NCBI GenBank assembly: GCA_904063045.1
Contig: CAJFCJ010000013.1
Location: forward strand, 62,001-126,000
Direction: 5' to 3'
From: Dimorphilus gyrociliatus
Lineage: Eukaryota; Animalia; Annelida
Length of the DNA stretch: 64,000 bases
A model generated the notes under the pieces. The model saw nothing but the letters and a program-made list of their open reading frames with translations, had not been told where the DNA came from and made no database searches. The position numbers and the translations under genes were made by a program. The first letter of the stretch is position 1, and the number at the start of each line of letters is the position of its first letter. Positions 24,348 to 37,470 of the stretch are shown one piece after another.

Positions 24348-26129
24348 GTTATAAGAGGTAGGTAGATGGCTAGGTAGACAGAGTTAAAGAGGGAAAATCT
24401 ATATTCGCCTACCTGCATAATGAATAATATAAATTTTCGACTTGGACGCAAGGTAATGGAAGAAAAATTACAATGATAATAGAGTAAAAGAGGAAGACGA
24501 AAGCACCTGTTTAGCCTGTAACGCATCAATCGCAACCGACAAGCGAGTACTAGTTTGTTTACGAACGTCTCGGCGTAATTAGGTAGAGTAGTTTCAGGAA
24601 TTGAAAACATCGAACCTAGCAAAAATATTTTTTTTGGATAGAATTCTTATAAGATGTATAGGATTATACTATATAATGTATATTTATAATGTAATATATA
24701 GACATATAATATAAACCTAAAAAGCAATAAGACGTATAAAAAAAGATAGCTTTCATTAGAAGTTCTGTATTATTTTTTTGTCAGGTAGTTTTTGCAGTAG
24801 ATTGACGTCAGTCAAACGAACCAGTCTAGCCATCAGTTGACAATATATATATATATATATATATTAATATTAATAAAGAATGATAATTTGATAGGAGAGA
24901 AAAAAGGCAAAAGTTCTATTTTTATGCATAGGATACACATACAGTATTACTTTGTAACAGTTTGTTAAATTCAAAAGGAATACGGGTTTGATAGTTGTTA
25001 TCTTCTTGTTTTCTTTTTATATATTTTTTACAGATTCTTGGTTGTACACTAGTTGGAATTGGTATATGGATAAGAGTTGAAAAGAATTTTAGTACTTATT
25101 CTCAACATACAGACGGTTTTGATTATCTGTATACAAGTGCCTATCTTTTCGTAATTATCGGTTGTTTAGTTACGATTTTAGCCTTTCTTGGTTGTTGCGG
25201 AGCATTAAGGAAGAGCTCGTGTATGTTGTGCGCAGTATGTTACTATTCTTTCTCATTTGAAATTTATCTCATTACCGGAGATACTCGGTTATCTTCTTAT
25301 TTTCTTCCTCTTTATTTTTCTCTTATAAAGAATGTAATCAAAAGTCGGCCTTCGGTCTAGATTCTCTCACGTGACGAAAAAAAAATAGAACCAAAACAAA
25401 TACATATAGAATAGTGCTATTGAACCACGGAAATTACAATTTCTTTCATTTCTTTCTTTAGTTCTTCTTTTGCCTGTGCGTCGTCTTTGCTACTCTGGTT
25501 GGTTTGGCTATTTTAGGTATAGTTTTTAAGCACAGCATTAAAACGTCCTTGCACGAAACGCTGAAAACCGCCATTAAGGATTACTCCAATCCCCGTGAAA
25601 GAGAATCGAAGGAATTGATAGACGTCATTCAGGAGACGGTTCGTTTTCTTAGACAACATCAAATATAATTTGAGAAGTTTATTAATTATTTATAAGTTCG
25701 TTTCACCTTTTCTCTCTTTTTCTTTACTTTTCTTTTTAATGTTCATATAGATGAAGTGTTGCGGAGCGTCGGGACCGGCTGATTACGAAGAACAAACGGC
25801 TCCTTGCGCCGTCGAATACCTTCAAGAAGTAATTTTATTATTTGTATATTCCTATCAAGTGGTATAGTTTTCCCAACCAAATCTTTATTATTCTTTTATT
25901 AGGGGTGCACTGACAAGCTTATAGCATTCTTAAATCAACCGCAAATTATATCCTTGATCCTGGCAACATGTAGCTCCGTTGCAACCCTTATGGTAAAAAT
26001 TTAAATAAGCTTCTAAGTGAAACGTAATAAAATTTAAAAACGGATTTACTTTTAATTCTCTTTCAGATAATCGGAATGGTTTTTTCCGCTTGGTTATGCT
26101 GCTCTATTCGACGTTCTTCTCGAGCCTAA
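23974..26129 (+). CDS. Tetraspanin (~223 aa); exons 23974-24036, 25034-25234, 25462-25638, 25751-25828, 25903-25992, 26067-26129
   Basis: MRSGCFYCVKYSLFVCNFLFW|ILGCTLVGIGIW; FLGCCGA between TM2 and TM3; EC2 with CCG motif; four TM segments. All introns are GT-AG, phase 0. Confidence 0.92.
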
Positions 26130-26687
26130 GTAAATTTTTATTGCTCGAAAGGAAGAATTCCAATGGAGGATATTACGAAAAGAAGCTTTTTTTGAGCAGG
26201 ATTTACTTTAATTTTCAGGTCATTTATATTTCATTCAATGACATTTTTGTGTGAAAAAAAATAGTCCCTTTTGAAATGAGGACAAAAAGTTGTATTTTAT
26301 AAAGATTTTTTCATAAATATATCTATTTTTACAAAATAAGAAACAAACTTATTATTAATCTTTAACACATAATCTTATTTTACACCTTTAAAGGAAAAAC
26401 GTGTCTTTCTTTTACATTTCCAAATCACGTGTTTTCAGTTAAAAGTACTCAGTGGGTAAAAAATATATAAGCACACGCGCTAATTTCGCACTTTCTTACG
26501 CCGAAGAACACTGTCAGACAAAGCGTATGTAAACCACGTGTTTTAATTATTTTAATACAAATATATCCCTCTAAATTATTATTTTTCTATTCTAAATAGT
26601 TCTAATATCGTTCTTTGCAACTACCTTTTGAAATCTCTACCGTGACAGCTAATTTTGGAAAGTTTGTTATAGCTTTATTTCAACAAC

Positions 26688-29600
26688 ATGGGCGACCAAG
26701 TGATAAGCTATGCCAATGGACAATTTTATGGTGAGTAAAATATAGTAAAAGCGTAGGTTGTAAGGTTGTAGTTTAAAAGATGAAAAAAAAAGATTACCAG
26801 ACTGAGTGTAATTACCTTAATGGTCAGACATTTTTTTTAAAGGAAATAAAAAGATTTCCAGAAAAAAGTAACCTAGTGAACAATTTTCCAATGTATAAGA
26901 CCTGAAAGAACGTTTTACGTAATATACAGTCGGAAAATATATCTAGTTACTTAAAACCTGCCTCCACATACTTCTTATCTGAGCTAAAGTTAATTATATC
27001 GCCACGTGTTAGATTAAAGGGAAACTATCTTGTGTCAACGAATTATAGAGAACACGTATACGCTTTGAAAAAGTTTTCCAACTCTGTGAGATATTTAAAA
27101 ATGAAGTCTCGTGTCTCTTTTTTCTCAGTTTTCTATTGCTATTATGTGGGGAGTAAAAAATATTGGTAAGAAGAGTGCTGTACATATATGAGACTACCCG
27201 GGTTTGCGTATAAACTACCGTGTGACAGTTAATATCACAAACTGCTGGAGGGCAGGCAGCTTCTTCGTACTATTACACGTTAATGGGTGGCTAGTTGTCT
27301 TTTTCAGGCGTGATAAACCGCAAGGGGAAAAAATCATCAGCCTAACATATAACGATAAACGCTAATGGATCTTCGTGGCCTATTAAGCCACTTTCACTCT
27401 AATTTCCAATAATATTTTTTCTATACTATTGTAAAATAGTAGTTTATAGGCTTTACCTTTTCTTCTCCAGAAGAATAAATTGAATTGATTATAATTTGTT
27501 AGCTACGAATTAAAACGTAAGTTTATAATTGTGTCAATTAGTTATTTATTCATTTTTAACTAAATTGTTTAATATAAGGAATACCAATGATGAAATATTT
27601 ATAAAGACTAATAATAACATACCATACAGTGAAAAACAAGCAAAAAAAGGAAAAGCAATAAAGGAAAAGTTAAAATTCTTTGCATATATGGATTTACATT
27701 TTACATGTAGCTTAAGCATGCTCTTACATTTTTATTTTTGGTATCATCTTTAGAATTATACTGAAATAATTGCTAGAATTCTAAGAAAACCGAAATAATA
27801 ACGAAAAAGCCTTAAGAGACTTTGTTTGACTTTGTAAATAAAAAAAGATTAGGAGTAGAGGGATTGAGTGAGGAGAATAAAAAACAACAAAAATAAAAAC
27901 ATCCTTTCATACTAATTGAAGTATACCTATAATGCATACAGTAACAGTCCAAATATAAACTTTGTTCGATACGCATATATTAATGAATGTGAAAAATATA
28001 AGTTACTTTTAGGATATAATTATAAACATTCGCGTAATTATGTATAGATATGCTAAACAATTATTCTAATATACTCTATTTTTAGTATATTTATTTCTAG
28101 AGTGATAGAATTTTTGATTGTAATTGCGTGATCAGATAATTATCGCTTAATTTTCATTCTTTCTTTCATTTTAACACCTAAAATTATTTCAGAGGTAAGG
28201 AAATTAAAAACAAAAAATTCTTTAGATTTATTATAGCGTATATGTAATATAACATGGAATAGGCAATGTGGAATAAAAATAAATACGAGAAATATTAGAT
28301 GTGTAAGCAATTACGTAAGTGCGTAAAAGTCGAACATAATTTTAATGCAAAAGTTAGCATAAGAAACAGATATGATAAAACTGACGTTTTTCCCTTTCTT
28401 GATGTTGTTGTTAGAGAGATGTTATGATACAGTTTGTAACGTAAACAAAGTGTGAGTTATCGCTATCATTGTTTACCTTTCTTTACCTCATTACATATTT
28501 TTGTTCGGAAGGAAATTCCTTCATTGATAAGAATTTTTCTCGTATTTCAGATAATAACTACTGTGACGGTAATTGGCCGTATAATCCACATACTGCTCCA
28601 CCACCAACGGATTCGGTACTTTACTGGATGAGCCCTCCACCGCCTGTGCCACCTCAACATTTCAACACGGCTTTAAATTACCATCATAGTCCATTGAATA
28701 CCAATGTGTATAATTTTGCCGATAGGCCCTGCCATTCTCCATTGCCTATGATGGCTCCTGTCATGCCGCCCGCAACTTTTACTTCAGCAACACAAGACAG
28801 CCAAATCGACATGTTCGAGAGGGCGATGGATCTTAAGTGTCTGCGCGAGAAGAATATAAAGTATAAATTTTCTTTGAATCTTGTCAATAAAAAAAAAACT
28901 AGTTGGTCACTCTCGTTACAATTAGATTGGTGGATGAAAATCAGCTACCACCCTCCGTTCTGAGCCTTGAGCGCCTTACTGCACTAGGGGGAGGACAACA
29001 AAATGCTTACGAAAAAGACCAGGGATTAGGGGGAAAAAACTGGACTCCTCCACACTCTACAAACAACGCTTCGCCTCAATATCATCGTAGCAGAGCTAAT
29101 AAATGGAATCAAACCAAAGCCCGTACACCAAAAAAGAGCAGTTTAACACCTGCTAGAAAGACTGAAGCTGTTAATACGCTAGGGCAACCTAACCATAAAG
29201 CTTACTCCTCGAAAATTAATCCACAGGAGCTCGAACAACCAGAGAGGCAGATGTTTCACATGTTACCTACATTGACTTATGGTAAGGTTACTCTTGTCAG
29301 TTTATATAAACCTCTTATATCCAAAGCCGATAGATAGCGCTCTGAATGATAAATATATGAAATGTAATTAAAAATTAATATTTTTTCTAAGAAAATCAAC
29401 TTCCACAAGTAACTAAGGATGGCAAATTGGAATTTAAAAATAATACGAGCTTACCACGCTTACCTCCTCCAGAGTCTTTTGAAAAGGTAACATTTATTAA
29501 ATATATCCATATTTATAGACAATATATTTAAATTTTTATTATTATTCCATATGTAAATCTCATCAGCTTATAAAGTCGAAGAGGAGGAGAAAAAAGGGAT

Positions 29601-32140
29601 CGAAAAAGTCTGGTGTATTTAATTGCGGATTTTGTCGCAAGAACAACATAAACAACCCTAGCTTCCAAACGCATCCTTTAAAAGATGAAGAATTCCGCGT
29701 TCTTTGCCCTATGCTGAGAGCCTATATTTGTCCTATATGCTTAGCGAGAGGAGATAATGCACATACATTAAAGTACTGTCCGTATGCTGTCAAGCCATGG
29801 TTTATAATGAAAATTACTTTGTCTCATTGGTCTTCGCTACCTCTTTCTGTACAAATTCGCCTTACGAAATTGGCTAATGAAACGGGAATAAAATCAATTG
29901 AACCAATTTATCCAAATACCAAATTAGACTATTTGTCTCGATCTCGATTACATATGAATATGACTGTTTCCAATGCAGTAACTCTTCTTCGTAAAGGATA
30001 CTTTCATTTTTATCCCGTACCTCAACGAAAACAACCAACGGAAAATCTAGCCCCGAGACATCCGGAAAATTCGTACAATGAAACATATGGGAATATGAAT
30101 TTCGACGTGAGCCCTAACTCAAATGAAAATTCCACAATAAATCCAACTTTACTATCCCGTGTTAATGGTAATAACGTACAAAGCAATGGAATGACAATGC
30201 ATTTAAATACGAATTTAAATAATCAAGGGCAGTTCCTTCCACCAATAGCCACTGGTGTAAATATGAATAATCAAGGGCAGTTCCTTCCACCAATAGCCAC
30301 AGATATAAATATGAATAATCAAGTGCAATTCCTTCCACCAGTAACTACAGATATAAATATGAATAATCAAGGACAAACTCTCCCACCACTAACTATGGAT
30401 ATAAATATGAATAATCAAGGGCAATCTCTTCCACCACCAGCTATGGATATTAACATGAATAATCAAGGACAGTATCTTCCGCCATTACCCACGGAAATGA
30501 ATATGAATTCGAACATAAACATGAATATGCATTCAAACCTGATTCCAAATCTCCATATGAATATGAATCCTGCCACGAATCCAAATATTCCTATAAATAT
30601 AAATCCTGATACCAGACCAATTTTCCACATGGACATGAACAATTCAACGAATGTAAATAATCTTGCCTATCAAAATCCAACTCAATCTTACACACCACCG
30701 TCAAATATGACTCAAACAACCCAGTTTCCACAGAATCCTCTTGTACTTACTCAAGGTTACAAGTTTACGAGAGAGAAGATTCTGGAGACAACTGCTGCCA
30801 TTGGGTCGGCTATTTTCCCTCCAATTATCAACAATACTGGATACGGGTATCAAACTGTCCCGGAGCCTGTTACGTATCAAGAAAATCACAGAAATTTTGC
30901 TCAATCAGAAGCTATTAATCATATGCCCGTTAAAAGTTATAAACACGTAGACGGATCGCACAAATATAATTATAATAAGAAACACGATGTGACTTTGACG
31001 AATAAACCTCGTAAAGAAATTACAAAATTCAAATCAATACCCAGTCATTTTAATACCAATTCAGTAAAAGGACATAAATTTCATACCAGCACTACTACAA
31101 TTCAAACCAAGCCAGAAAAATTGGAAAAACCCATAGAAAAATTAGATACTGTTTCTGATATAAATGGCAAGAAGACTAGTGAGAGAAATGACAAAATTAA
31201 GGCAGTCACATCAAAGGGGTTTTCGAAAACCACCAATACAAATAAGATAATCCCAAAAAGTAATTCAAAATCTTTACATAGAGAATATCGTTGTGTACAA
31301 ATTACGAGAGGTGGGCCTAGTAAGAAAACTAAATTTAAGCATTCCACTAATCCGGAGGTCACAAAGGAGAAAGATGAATTAGGCGAGTTAACAGCAGAAA
31401 GCAGTGAAGCTGATTTAAAGAATACTCCAGTTTACAAGTCAACGTCCAGTACTGTTAGTAAGATAAATACAAAACGTGAGGATGAGAAGAAATCACGAGA
31501 TTATAATACAAACGTTGATAAGACTAAAAATCAGCAAAGCGAAGCAAAACCTAGAGTTCCAACCTATTCAGAAATAATAACGAGAAATACCAATAATAAA
31601 TCAAACTGTTTAAAAAACACCAAACTTCCGGATGCAACAAAATCGCAATCTTTCCAAAACTCCAAAATTTCAAAAAATGAAAAAATAGAAAATTCCGGTA
31701 AATTGAAATCTGAGAGAGATACAGTTCGATCAAATGCTGTATCTAATAAACCGACAGAGGACTCAAAGTTGGAGATAGCACAAAGCGAAGCACCCAAGCC
31801 AAAAATCCCAACATATTCTGACATAATTATGCGAAATAATCCAATGAATAAAAATAATACAACTGTCGAAGGTGTTAAAAAGCCGATTGTTAATAGTCAG
31901 AAAAAGTTGGAAGACAAGACAATAAATCCAGCGCGGGAGGGAACCAATAATCCGAAAGAACGTTTAAATGACTCAAAAAAAACCTGTCAGGTTAGACCAA
32001 TAGGATTAAAAACTTATACCAATCCAAATAGAAACAGGAGTTTACGAAATGAGAGGAGTGTAAATGACAATCAACGGACCGATGGACACCTAAAGAAAAA
32101 TGGAAGGAAAAATCATATCAGGTATTCGGAAAGATGTTAA
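26688..32140 (+). CDS. nanos: Nanos-type CCHC zinc-finger protein, ~1125 aa; exons 26688-26730, 28551-28860, 28926-29281, 29392-29486, 29567-32140
   Basis: 29624-29779 encodes CGFC-x12-H-x10-C-x7-CPIC-x7-H-x4-C, the exact Nanos spacing, with LRAYICP and AHTLKYCP motifs. Exon phases are consistent (1,2,1,0) and total 3378 nt. Confidence 0.85.
30212..30499 (+). repeat. Coding tandem repeat, 6 x 48 nt (16 aa: N[ML]NNQGQxLPPxxxD[IV])
   Basis: aataatcaag recurs at 48-nt spacing (30218, 30266, ...); six in-frame units are visible in the 809-aa ORF. Confidence 0.95.
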
Positions 32141-32665
32141 ACAAAAGCTAGGAAATGGGGTGTAAAGACTAATATTAGTCCATCAGTTTTCATTAAGTTT
32201 TACTTATAAAGATAGCTGTATGATTACGAAAGACTTTTTTTGATCCAGACATTTCCTACATGCATATTATTAGATTTCTCAGAAAACAAAAATAGCCTTA
32301 CAAATGATAGACCGACTGCCTTTGTTTTATGTTATACATCATTTCAAAGGCTAAATTTGACATACTAGAAAAGTCTCGATAAAATACATTCGCGAGCATA
32401 TAGGTAAATAATCGAAGTTTGTAGGATATATTCTTACTTAATATTCTAGTTTATTTATCTTAATATGTTTTGAGCCATTCTTCATGGTTTATGCAATAAA
32501 GGCAATTTACATAAATACATAGTAGCTATATTTTTTCTGATTATAACCAAATTGATGTACCACAGATCACCGTACTGCTGAAAGTAAACTAGGCTTCGTC
32601 GCTTCATTTTGATTGATAAAAGTAAAATCCACAGAATTCCAGACTTAGACTGCAATTACTATCTA

Positions 32666-34668
32666 TTAGGGGAGATGTGATCTATATTCCCCAGTTAATT
32701 TATTGTAGTAATTATAGCAGATGTTTTTCCTAAAATAAAATATAAACGTTTGAAGTTGACATATTTGTTTAAATTGTAAAACTTTACTTGTCCCACTTGA
32801 ACAGCCAACCAGGTGGTGCCTCACTTTTTTCGTACTTTAAGAGGATTTCGTTGGTTTCTTCTAACTTTTCCAGCAAATACCGACTAGAGAGTTGGCCATT
32901 TTCCCAATCTTCTTTTCTAGTCTGCATCAATTAATGGAAATGAGTGGGAGAGAAGGGTGGGGGGTATAGGGTTTTGAGTAAAGAAAATAAGGGATAAGGG
33001 TATGAATGCACTCTAACTATATTTACTTTCTATATGGTTTTTTGTTTTTAAATTTTAAAATCGTTAATCAATCAAGAAAATAATGTGTTTCTTTTTACCA
33101 AGAACTTAACAAAGGGCTCAGAAGTCTTTTGAATGCTAAAGAATTCAAATTTCCTTAGAAAAGTATCCAATTGGTCAATAACCTCTTCCTGTATTAAAAA
33201 ATAAAGTCATTAAATGATTATATTTTATCCCTTAAGTTATGGTGAAAAGCATGACAGACCTTTATTTTATTTTCATCGATTGGTTTTTGCTTGATTAGAT
33301 CAGCTTGAGGCGCATTACAGTGACAACCTAAGGTTAGAAAGTTACAAATGGTTGAGAATCCGATTAGGAAGAGTGTTTCTTGTTTTTAAATTTAGGTTAT
33401 ATATAAAAAAAAAGCATAAAGAATTTATTAATCACCCGGTGGAGTTTGCGTGCTGCGGTCATAGTTTGAGAGTTGCTTCGAACGAAAGTCGAACTAAATA
33501 ATATTTTACATATATATTAATTTATCATCGTTATTCATGTTGATAATAATATATATATATTTACTGTATAAATATATCTATAGTTATATATAAATAAGTT
33601 ATATGTCAACGAATCACCTTTTGATCAACGGCACTTTCTAGGGCATTATCTACATCAAATTCGTCATTCAAGGCCAACTCCGGATCTGTACAACGCACTT
33701 TCGCTGCTCTTTCTTTCCTTCTGTCTTCATCTTCATCTTCCGATGCGCTTTCATCATAGGGTATTAGGCACAAACCAACAGATCCTTTAGATTTTCGTTT
33801 TCTATCTTCCCTTTTCCTAACGATGAGCTCATTTTCTGATTCTCGGCTAATTTCCTCTCCCCTATTAAAAAGTAATTTAATGCTAGGAGATGAAATTAGG
33901 CAGGAGTGATGTTTTCTAGGAAATGTGTAACCTACTTGGATTCGTTCTTCAATGCCATAATCTTATTGTACTCATCAACTTGAAGCAAATATCTTTCATA
34001 TTCTTCAGGTACTTCCCATGTTACCTTTAAGGAAATAATTAGAAATAATTACTTGACAATCTAGACTTGTATTTAATATTACGGCTCCAGTTGATGTATC
34101 ATGATAATAGTAGCAATTAGTATTCTCGTCTAGTACAGTCTCCCATTTTGTTTGAGGTTCTAGAAAGCCACAATTTTAAACATTTAAAGCGGAAATATTT
34201 TCTCTAATACTTACTGGATAGTGGCAATGGCGGGGGCGGAGGTGGAGGAGTTGGGGGGGGAGCGGGAGGGGATTCAATTGGCTCTTCTGGTTCAACTATA
34301 TCACCTTTTCCATTATTTAACTCGTCGACTTCTTTCACATCAGTTGAATCGTTACTCATAGCGTTTATCTCCTAATATTATACAACACAAAATTCTGTAT
34401 TACTCGTTAGTTTTTATGCTTTAATATTTTTTAACCAACTTTTCCCACCCATTTGTCTTTTAACTACCGCCTAATTTTTCTATCCTTTCTAAAACAAACT
34501 TACAGCCATGAAATTTTCCATTTCCTTGCTCAATGGGTCATCTTTAATGGAAGGCTCCTCCTTATAACTATAATCGATTTCACTGTTTCCATTATCTTCA
34601 CCATTATTGTCTACTATAACCTTTTCTAATTGGAGAACTGGTTTACGAGAGCGAGGCAAGCGAGACAT
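32666..34668 (-). CDS. FNBP4: Formin-binding protein 4-like (two WW domains), short form
   Basis: MSRLPRSRKPVLQL resembles the FNBP4 RRPILQL motif; EMENFMA|EINA; WW1 WETVLDENTNCYYYHDTSTGA|VTWEVP; FLRKFEFFSI; TRKEDWENGQLSSRYLLEKL; WW2 PPGWLFKWDK|KNICYNYYNKLTGEYRSHLP*. Confidence 0.8.
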
Positions 34669-35502
34669 AACTTGAGATTTAGTGCTTCGAAATTGATTGG
34701 AGTTTTTTTTCACTTATTATCGTTCAACAGATACAGCGTCTTATCAAGCTTTGTTGGAGCTATAAATCAATTTGCTCCGATTTAAACTTCCCAGAAGGTT
34801 TATTTTTAAATTTCCTTTATCAATAATCGTTGTATGTGGCAGTATAAGGTGAAATTTAATATATCGACCTGATTTGGGGACCGTAAAAACAAAATTTTTT
34901 AACTAAAAAACTGCAGTTCACTAAAATCAAAGAGTAAAAAGTAGTACATTTCTTCCTTATCTATGCTTAAAGCATTGTTTACAGTTTATACTTATTCCTT
35001 AATCAAGAAATAGTATTATTTTCTTAAGTAATGTGAGGATAGGAATTCATTCTCCTTGATCAAAAATCCTTCCTAAACAGTTTATTTTTTATAAAAAATA
35101 CAGTGTCCACACTTCCCGCTCTTTTTTTTTTTTTAAAAAACAATTTTTATATCCCCCCCCCCTCCCTCCAATCCCAAAAAACTTCAAACTATATATCAAC
35201 AAAACAAGAAAATATGGTGTAAATAGAATAATTTATTATAAAAAATGATTTCAAAAAATCACGAGGAAAAAAATAAGGTTAGAATAATGTAATTAAATCG
35301 ATTTAAAAGAATAAATAAACTCTATATATATATATAATATATATATAAATGGGGCAGTTTAATTTATATATAAATATAAATACCATGTTATTCGTCTTAA
35401 AAACATTTGAAGACACTTTAGTTTATAGAATACTTTAATATTTTTTAAAAATATGAGAGCTTATATTGACTTTTCATTTGGAATGCCAAGCTAAATATTT
35501 CC

Positions 35503-37248
35503 TTAGTTACTTTGTTCATTCTTATTCTCTTGTTCGTTATCATCTTCGTTAAAAACCTTCGAAATTTTACTATCAGATTGTTTTTTACTACTTCTAGTCT
35601 TTCTTTTATTATTCCTCCTTTCTTTTCGCGTTGGTTCTTTCTTTAACGGAGTCGTTATTATTGCCGATTTATCGTTAATGGGATTATTGATAATATTTGA
35701 ATTAGTAATTGCTTTTGTTTCCTTAATCTCTTTTGATAATTTTCGTCTTTTACGGTAAGCAGATGATGAAGATTCGTTTGAATCGTTTAGCTCATCTTCA
35801 TCCGATTGAAAACTTTCGTTAACTGGTTGTGGTAATCTTTCAAGTTTTGGTGCCGTCGTGTCCATAGGGCATTTCATATAAAATAATAAATAGCTAAAAG
35901 AAGGAAGAGAGAGAGAGAAAGAGAGAGAAAAAAAAAACAAAAGTTTAAAGGAATTGATTATCAATTTGCATTTTCAACTAAATAAAACCCCCCACAATTT
36001 ACTTACGCTTGAGCTGCGAAAACGTCCTCTTGACCAACTTTATAAACTTGAGCATCATTACATTCAAACCAATCACCCAGTTGATGCTTTATAAAAGCTA
36101 TGTAATGACCATCATACATATTTGCACCAACATGTACAATAACTCCGTATAATAAATACCTAAAAATATTTAAATAAAACTACAGAAAGTGGAAAGTCTA
36201 TCCTTGTAAAACGATAAATAGATGACGTCAATCATTAACATAGTATACCGTAATATTCTACATTTACATATTTTAAAACGAAATACTGACTTTGCGCTGC
36301 TGTTCCGATTACTCTCTGAGTTGTGTGTAAAAGGTGTCAAGTTTAATTCTTCATTGAATTTAACAATGTCATGCAGTTTCATACCAACTCGAGTATTCTT
36401 CTCATAATTGAAACGCTAAATATAACAACATGTATAAAATATTTATATACTGTAGACATATTGATGCTAAATATAATACCTTTATCTGTAAAACCAATAC
36501 TTGAGGAAGATGCTTTAACAATAGCTGTTTCTGACAGAGGCCATTGCATTTTTCGCATCTTTTACCACTACCTTCCAAATCTTCAGGATGAGTATATCTA
36601 TTGATAAAAGATTTAAATATACATATAAATATACGCAAGTACTTACAGTTTTAAACAACGTTCTAACGTTATATCCGTTGGTTTTTCAGCTTATTTCATG
36701 AAATAAAAATAAAAACAATGGATTATTATTAATAAAATATACAAAAGAAAAGTGTATAGAAAGAGTATATACAGTAGATGTATATAATATTGTTCTTAAT
36801 TAGAATCCTTACTTTCGTGTTTGGGTATAACAAGCGGTATTTCTAGGAACGGATCTTCTTTAGTTGATTGTTCTCTAGAAACAAACGCGTACGTGTGGAT
36901 ATTAATACATTTATACTGTATGTAAATATATACAGTATATATATATATATATTATATACACCTAAATCATGATATATTTACCCGCATTGTACACACGTAA
37001 GAGTTGACAATTGAACTCCTCCAAATGTTAAATCTATTATACATTTGCATTTCAATTTGTCGGCCGATTCCTTGTCGACAAGACACGGATTAGTATTATC
37101 GTCAATCTGTCGTTTTTCTATAAAAAGAAAGAAAGAATATATAAAAGTATATAAATAACATATTATGTCCATTTTGTAATAATGTTAATTAAAAAATAAT
37201 AAAGTATTTGTATACTACTGTTTTCTTTCTATCTCAATTCTAGTTATT

Positions 37249-37302
<54 letters not shown>

Positions 37303-37424
37303 ATGTTATTTATTTCCGGCTACTGATGATAATATTTCATAAATTGTGAAAGGGAACAAAATTAACTTGTATAGATTAATAAATCGTATTATTATCTTAT
37401 TTTCCCTTGTCAGCACCTCTATTT

Positions 37425-37470
<46 letters not shown>

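Noticed and set aside
14177-24622. Many 60-200 aa ORFs rich in L/S/F/I/Y (e.g. 14177, 15703, 21435, 24140)
   Set aside because: They are translations of CT, TA or poly-T microsatellites and show no domain signal.
34228-34271. G-rich tract resembling a G-quadruplex
   Set aside because: It is the antisense of a poly-proline coding segment of FNBP4.
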